Positions 60,953 to 64,000 of a DNA stretch of 64,000 bases are shown here, piece by piece. Under the pieces are notes generated by a model that saw only the letters and a list, made by a program, of their open reading frames with translations, made no database searches and had not been told where the DNA came from. This stretch comes from Deltaproteobacteria bacterium (GTDB taxonomy: Bacteria > Myxococcota > Kuafuiibacteriia > Kuafuiibacteriales > Kuafuiibacteriaceae): NCBI GenBank assembly GCA_040218735.1, contig JAVJQW010000019.1, positions 352,001-416,000 on the forward strand, in the 5' to 3' direction. Each line of letters starts with the position of its first letter. Position 1 is the first letter of the stretch. Made by a program: the position numbers and the translations under genes.

Positions 60953-61795
60953 GTGAACAACCTTCCGATCACCCGAAATTACCTCCCGATCACCGCGACG
61001 GTGGCCACGCCGACGCAGACGCCGCGCGAGCTCACGCTCACGCCGGATCTCGCCACCGCGGACAGCTGGTCGCCCGTCCTGCACCGGCCCGCGTGGGCCC
61101 CCGAGGGACCCTCGGGCGGGAGCGCTGCACGCGATGCGTTCGTCGCCGCGACCGACACCCTCACCGGCGATCTCTACACCGAGCTGCGCAACACCAGCGG
61201 GCAGGTCGAGGGGTCGTTCATCCCGGCGTTCGATGAGCTCGCGCGCATTCGTCACCGCATTCGTCAGGGGGAGGCGGTGCCGCGGCAAGAGCTGGAGGAC
61301 GCGATCGCCGCCGCGCGGAGCGGCCTGCAGGAGGCGATGGCGAACCACGACAGCGACGCCTTTCACGCCGCCGCGCAGCGGGCGATCGGTACCCTCGACG
61401 GGCTGTCCTTCGAGGACGGCGACACCGCGTTGACCGCGCTGCTCGACGGATCGACGAGCGCGTTGTCCGAGGCGTTGGAGGGCGGCGGGCTCGTCTCCGA
61501 CCTCGTGAACACCGCGACGAACGAGACCCCGGATCTGCTGCAGAACGCGATGTACGATCTGCTGACGCGTCTGGAGTCGGGGGACGTGTCGCTGTCGCAG
61601 CTTCGACGCGAGCTGAACGCGTTCCGTCGGGACCTGGCGCCGCTCGCGGCCGGTGGAAGCGACGCCGCGTCCGCGCTGCTGTCGTTCCTGAACGAGCTGC
61701 GGCCGCTCGAGCGCGCGGCGGCGGTCGAGCAGCTCCAAAACGGCGCGCCGATCGCGGCGCACCTGTTGATCCCGCGCGACCGGATCAGCGGCTGA
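60953..61795 (+). CDS. Hypothetical helical protein
   Basis: GTG start after an AAGGAG RBS; Thr/Pro-rich N-terminus followed by amphipathic helices; host-like codon usage. Confidence 0.6.
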   Translation: MNNLPITRNYLPITATVATPTQTPRELTLTPDLATADSWSPVLHRPAWAPEGPSGGSAARDAFVAATDTLTGDLYTELRNTSGQVEGSFIPAFDELARIRHRIRQGEAVPRQELEDAIAAARSGLQEAMANHDSDAFHAAAQRAIGTLDGLSFEDGDTALTALLDGSTSALSEALEGGGLVSDLVNTATNETPDLLQNAMYDLLTRLESGDVSLSQLRRELNAFRRDLAPLAAGGSDAASALLSFLNELRPLERAAAVEQLQNGAPIAAHLLIPRDRISG

Positions 61796-62429
61796 TCACG
61801 TTGCGGCGGACGGCCTGCACCTTGCGGCTGCGGCGCGCCTTCTCGATCCGCGGTCGCCACGCACACCCGTCGAGGTGATCGTTCACGAGCCCCATCGCCT
61901 GCATGAACGCGTACGCGGTGGTGGGGCCCACGAACTTCCAGCCGCGTTTCTTCAGGTCCTTCGACATCGCCTTCGCGGAGGCGGTCGTCGTCATCGCGCG
62001 CATCGCGGCGTAGTCGAACTGCGCCGGGCGTTCGTCGTCGCCGGGCTCCCAGCTCCAGAAGTACGGGGTGAGGCCGCCGCACTCGTCGGCGAGGGCGACG
62101 GCGCGCTTCGCGTTGTTGATCGTCGCTTCGATCTTGCCGCGGTGGCGCACGATGTCGGCGTTCTCAAGGAGGCGGTCGACCTTCGATGCGCGGTACTTCG
62201 CGACGCGCTCGAAGTCGAAGTCGTCGAACGCCTCGCGGAACGCTTCGCGCTTCCTCAGGATCGTCAGCCACGACAGCCCGGACTGGAACCCTTCGAGGCA
62301 GATCTTCTCGAAGAGGCGCGTGTCGTCGAGCGTCGGTTGGCCCCACTCGTCGTCGTGGTACGCGACGTAGTCGGGGAGCTCGCCGCACCACCAGCAGCGG
62401 GTTCGGTCCGTCGTGAGGAGGCCGTCCAT
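61785..62429 (-). CDS. tag: DNA-3-methyladenine glycosylase I
   Basis: RCWWC, YHDDEWG, LEGFQSGLSWLTILRKR, IVRHRGKI and FVGPTTAYAFMQAMGLVNDH...C. Confidence 0.96.
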   Translation of the reverse strand: MDGLLTTDRTRCWWCGELPDYVAYHDDEWGQPTLDDTRLFEKICLEGFQSGLSWLTILRKREAFREAFDDFDFERVAKYRASKVDRLLENADIVRHRGKIEATINNAKRAVALADECGGLTPYFWSWEPGDDERPAQFDYAAMRAMTTTASAKAMSKDLKKRGWKFVGPTTAYAFMQAMGLVNDHLDGCAWRPRIEKARRSRKVQAVRRNVISR

Positions 62430-62507
62430 CGTGGGCGCCCACGAATCACGAAAGGCGTCGGTCGGCCAACGTTTGACTCGGCGCGTCAGGCGCGCCAACC
62501 GTGCCTC

Positions 62508-64000
62508 GTGACGAAAGAGCACGCGGCGTGTGGGGTCGGGTTCGTGGCGGCGACGGACGGCGAGGCGCAGCACGCGTTGCTCGGTAAGGCCATCGGGGCG
62601 CTGTGTCGGGTGGAGCACCGCGGCGGCGTGCTGGCCGACGGGGCGACGGGCGACGGCGCGGGGATCATGGCGGAGGTGCCGTTCGAGCTGCTCGGGGTCG
62701 AGCGGGGCTCGGTGGCGGTGGCGACGTTGTTCCTGCCGCAGCGGTCCTCGCGTAGGCGCGCGGCGCTCGACTGCTTCGAGGCTTCGCTCGACCACCTGGG
62801 GTTGGAGGTCGGCGGGTACCGTGACGTTCCGATCGACACGTCGATCCTCGGGCGTCAGGCGCGCGAGTCGATGCCGAAGATCGTCCACGCGTTCGTGAAG
62901 TGGCCGGCGTTCTGTCGCACGGCGGCGTCGTTCGACCAGCGGCTCTACCTCGCGAAGCAGTCGCTGAGGACGCGCCTGCGTCGCGCCGGGATCAACGACG
63001 AGATGTACTGTGTGTCGCTGTCGACGACGACGATCGTCTACAAGGCGCTCACTCGCGCGGACGCGCTCGCGAAGTTCTATCCGGACCTGTCGGACCCGCG
63101 CTTCGTCACCCGGTTCGCGCTGTTCCACCGGCGCTTCTCCACGAACACGAGCACGTCTTGGGACAAGGCGCAGCCGTTCCGGATGATCGCGCACAACGGG
63201 GAGATCAACACCATCGCCTGCAACCGCGCGTGGTCGTACTCGCGCGAGCAAGCGCTCGGGCTCCCCGTCGACGAGCTGCTCACGCACGAACACATCAGCG
63301 ACTCCGGCAACCTCAACGAGATGGTCGAAGCGCTGCGCTACCGGAGCAGCATTCCGCACGTCTCGGAGATCCTCGCGATCATGGTGCCGCCCGCCGCGAC
63401 GTCGCCGTTCTACGAGTTCTGGAGCCGCGCGGTGGAGCCGTGGGACGGCCCGGCGTTCCTCGCGTACTGCGACGGCGAGGCGGTCGGCGCGCGGCTCGAT
63501 CGCAACGGCTTCCGCCCCGCGCGGTGGGCGCAGACGAAGCGTGCGCTGTACCTCGCTTCGGAGGCGGGGGTGTTCGATCTCGACGAGTCGGAGATCGAAC
63601 GGAAGGGCGCGCTCAACGGTGGTTCGGGCGCGCACGTCGTGCTCGACACCGGCGAGGTGTTCTTCCGCGATCCCGCGTTGTCGCGCGAGAACAAACACGC
63701 GCACTTCGACGCGCGGCTGGAGCCGGTGGGTGCGCTGCCGATCGAGGGCGAGCCGACGACCGACCCCGCGCTGTTCGCGTACACCGAAGAGGACCGAAAG
63801 CTGTTCCTCGAGCCGATGTTCGAGACAGGCAAGGAGCCGATCGGCTCGATGGGTTACACGGCGCGCCCCGCGGTGTTCTCGGATCAGCCGCGCTCGTTCT
63901 TCGACTTCTTCCACCAGACGTTCGCGCAGGTGACGAACCCGCCGCTGGATCACTTGCGCGAGAAGATCGTCACGGACCTCCGCATCGCGCTCGGGCGTCG
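62508..64000 (+). CDS. gltB: Glutamate synthase large subunit (5' part; runs off the window)
   Basis: Not in the ORF track. Manual translation from the GTG at 62508 gives MTKEHAACGVGFVA...EHRGG..DG.TGDGAGI...HRRFSTNT...AQPFRMIAHNGEINT...EPWDGPA...KEPIGSMG...FAQVTNPPLD. Confidence 0.93.
   Translation, partial: MTKEHAACGVGFVAATDGEAQHALLGKAIGALCRVEHRGGVLADGATGDGAGIMAEVPFELLGVERGSVAVATLFLPQRSSRRRAALDCFEASLDHLGLEVGGYRDVPIDTSILGRQARESMPKIVHAFVKWPAFCRTAASFDQRLYLAKQSLRTRLRRAGINDEMYCVSLSTTTIVYKALTRADALAKFYPDLSDPRFVTRFALFHRRFSTNTSTSWDKAQPFRMIAHNGEINTIACNRAWSYSREQALGLPVDELLTHEHISDSGNLNEMVEALRYRSSIPHVSEILAIMVPPAATSPFYEFWSRAVEPWDGPAFLAYCDGEAVGARLDRNGFRPARWAQTKRALYLASEAGVFDLDESEIERKGALNGGSGAHVVLDTGEVFFRDPALSRENKHAHFDARLEPVGALPIEGEPTTDPALFAYTEEDRKLFLEPMFETGKEPIGSMGYTARPAVFSDQPRSFFDFFHQTFAQVTNPPLDHLREKIVTDLRIALGR

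Noticed and set aside
62430-63953. 722-aa tag fusion
   Set aside because: The upstream part is antisense to gltB; tag starts at 62429.

Overview
GC-rich (about 70% in spot counts) bacterial chromosomal window. It is most likely from a Myxococcota-like organism, inferred from a MYXO-CTERM sorting tail, a myxobacterial-type OM beta-barrel and many lipoproteins. In order it contains: a flagellar filament cluster (two similar flagellins, fliD, fliT, no fliS in between); a ~0.8 kb non-coding hairpin-repeat array; ssb; an MBL hydrolase; a small element with inverted hexamer-run ends; a SWIM-SNF2 ATPase; secreted and lipoprotein genes; dacB and nagZ; a lower-GC three-gene cassette (DUF1036-PDZ protein, signal-peptide HNH nuclease, cytoplasmic SBP-domain protein); a large ASH/Ig and Gly-rich lipoprotein divergent from a Glt-like barrel; an ECF sigma / zinc anti-sigma / caspase / RCC1 operon; feoAB; an Slt; a PilZ-TPR protein; a pentaheme cytochrome with a TPR partner; mgtE; a sigma54 response regulator; a probable polymorphic PIN-toxin/immunity pair; tag; and the start of gltB. 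No rRNA, tRNA, CRISPR array, integrase or transposase was recognised. The best candidates for an undescribed system are the HNH cassette (22.7-25.7 kb), the PIN toxin/immunity pair (52.3-55.4 kb) and the hexamer-bracketed repeat elements (5.0-6.0 kb and 8.0-8.2 kb). All domain calls come from recognising motifs by eye, not from database searches.
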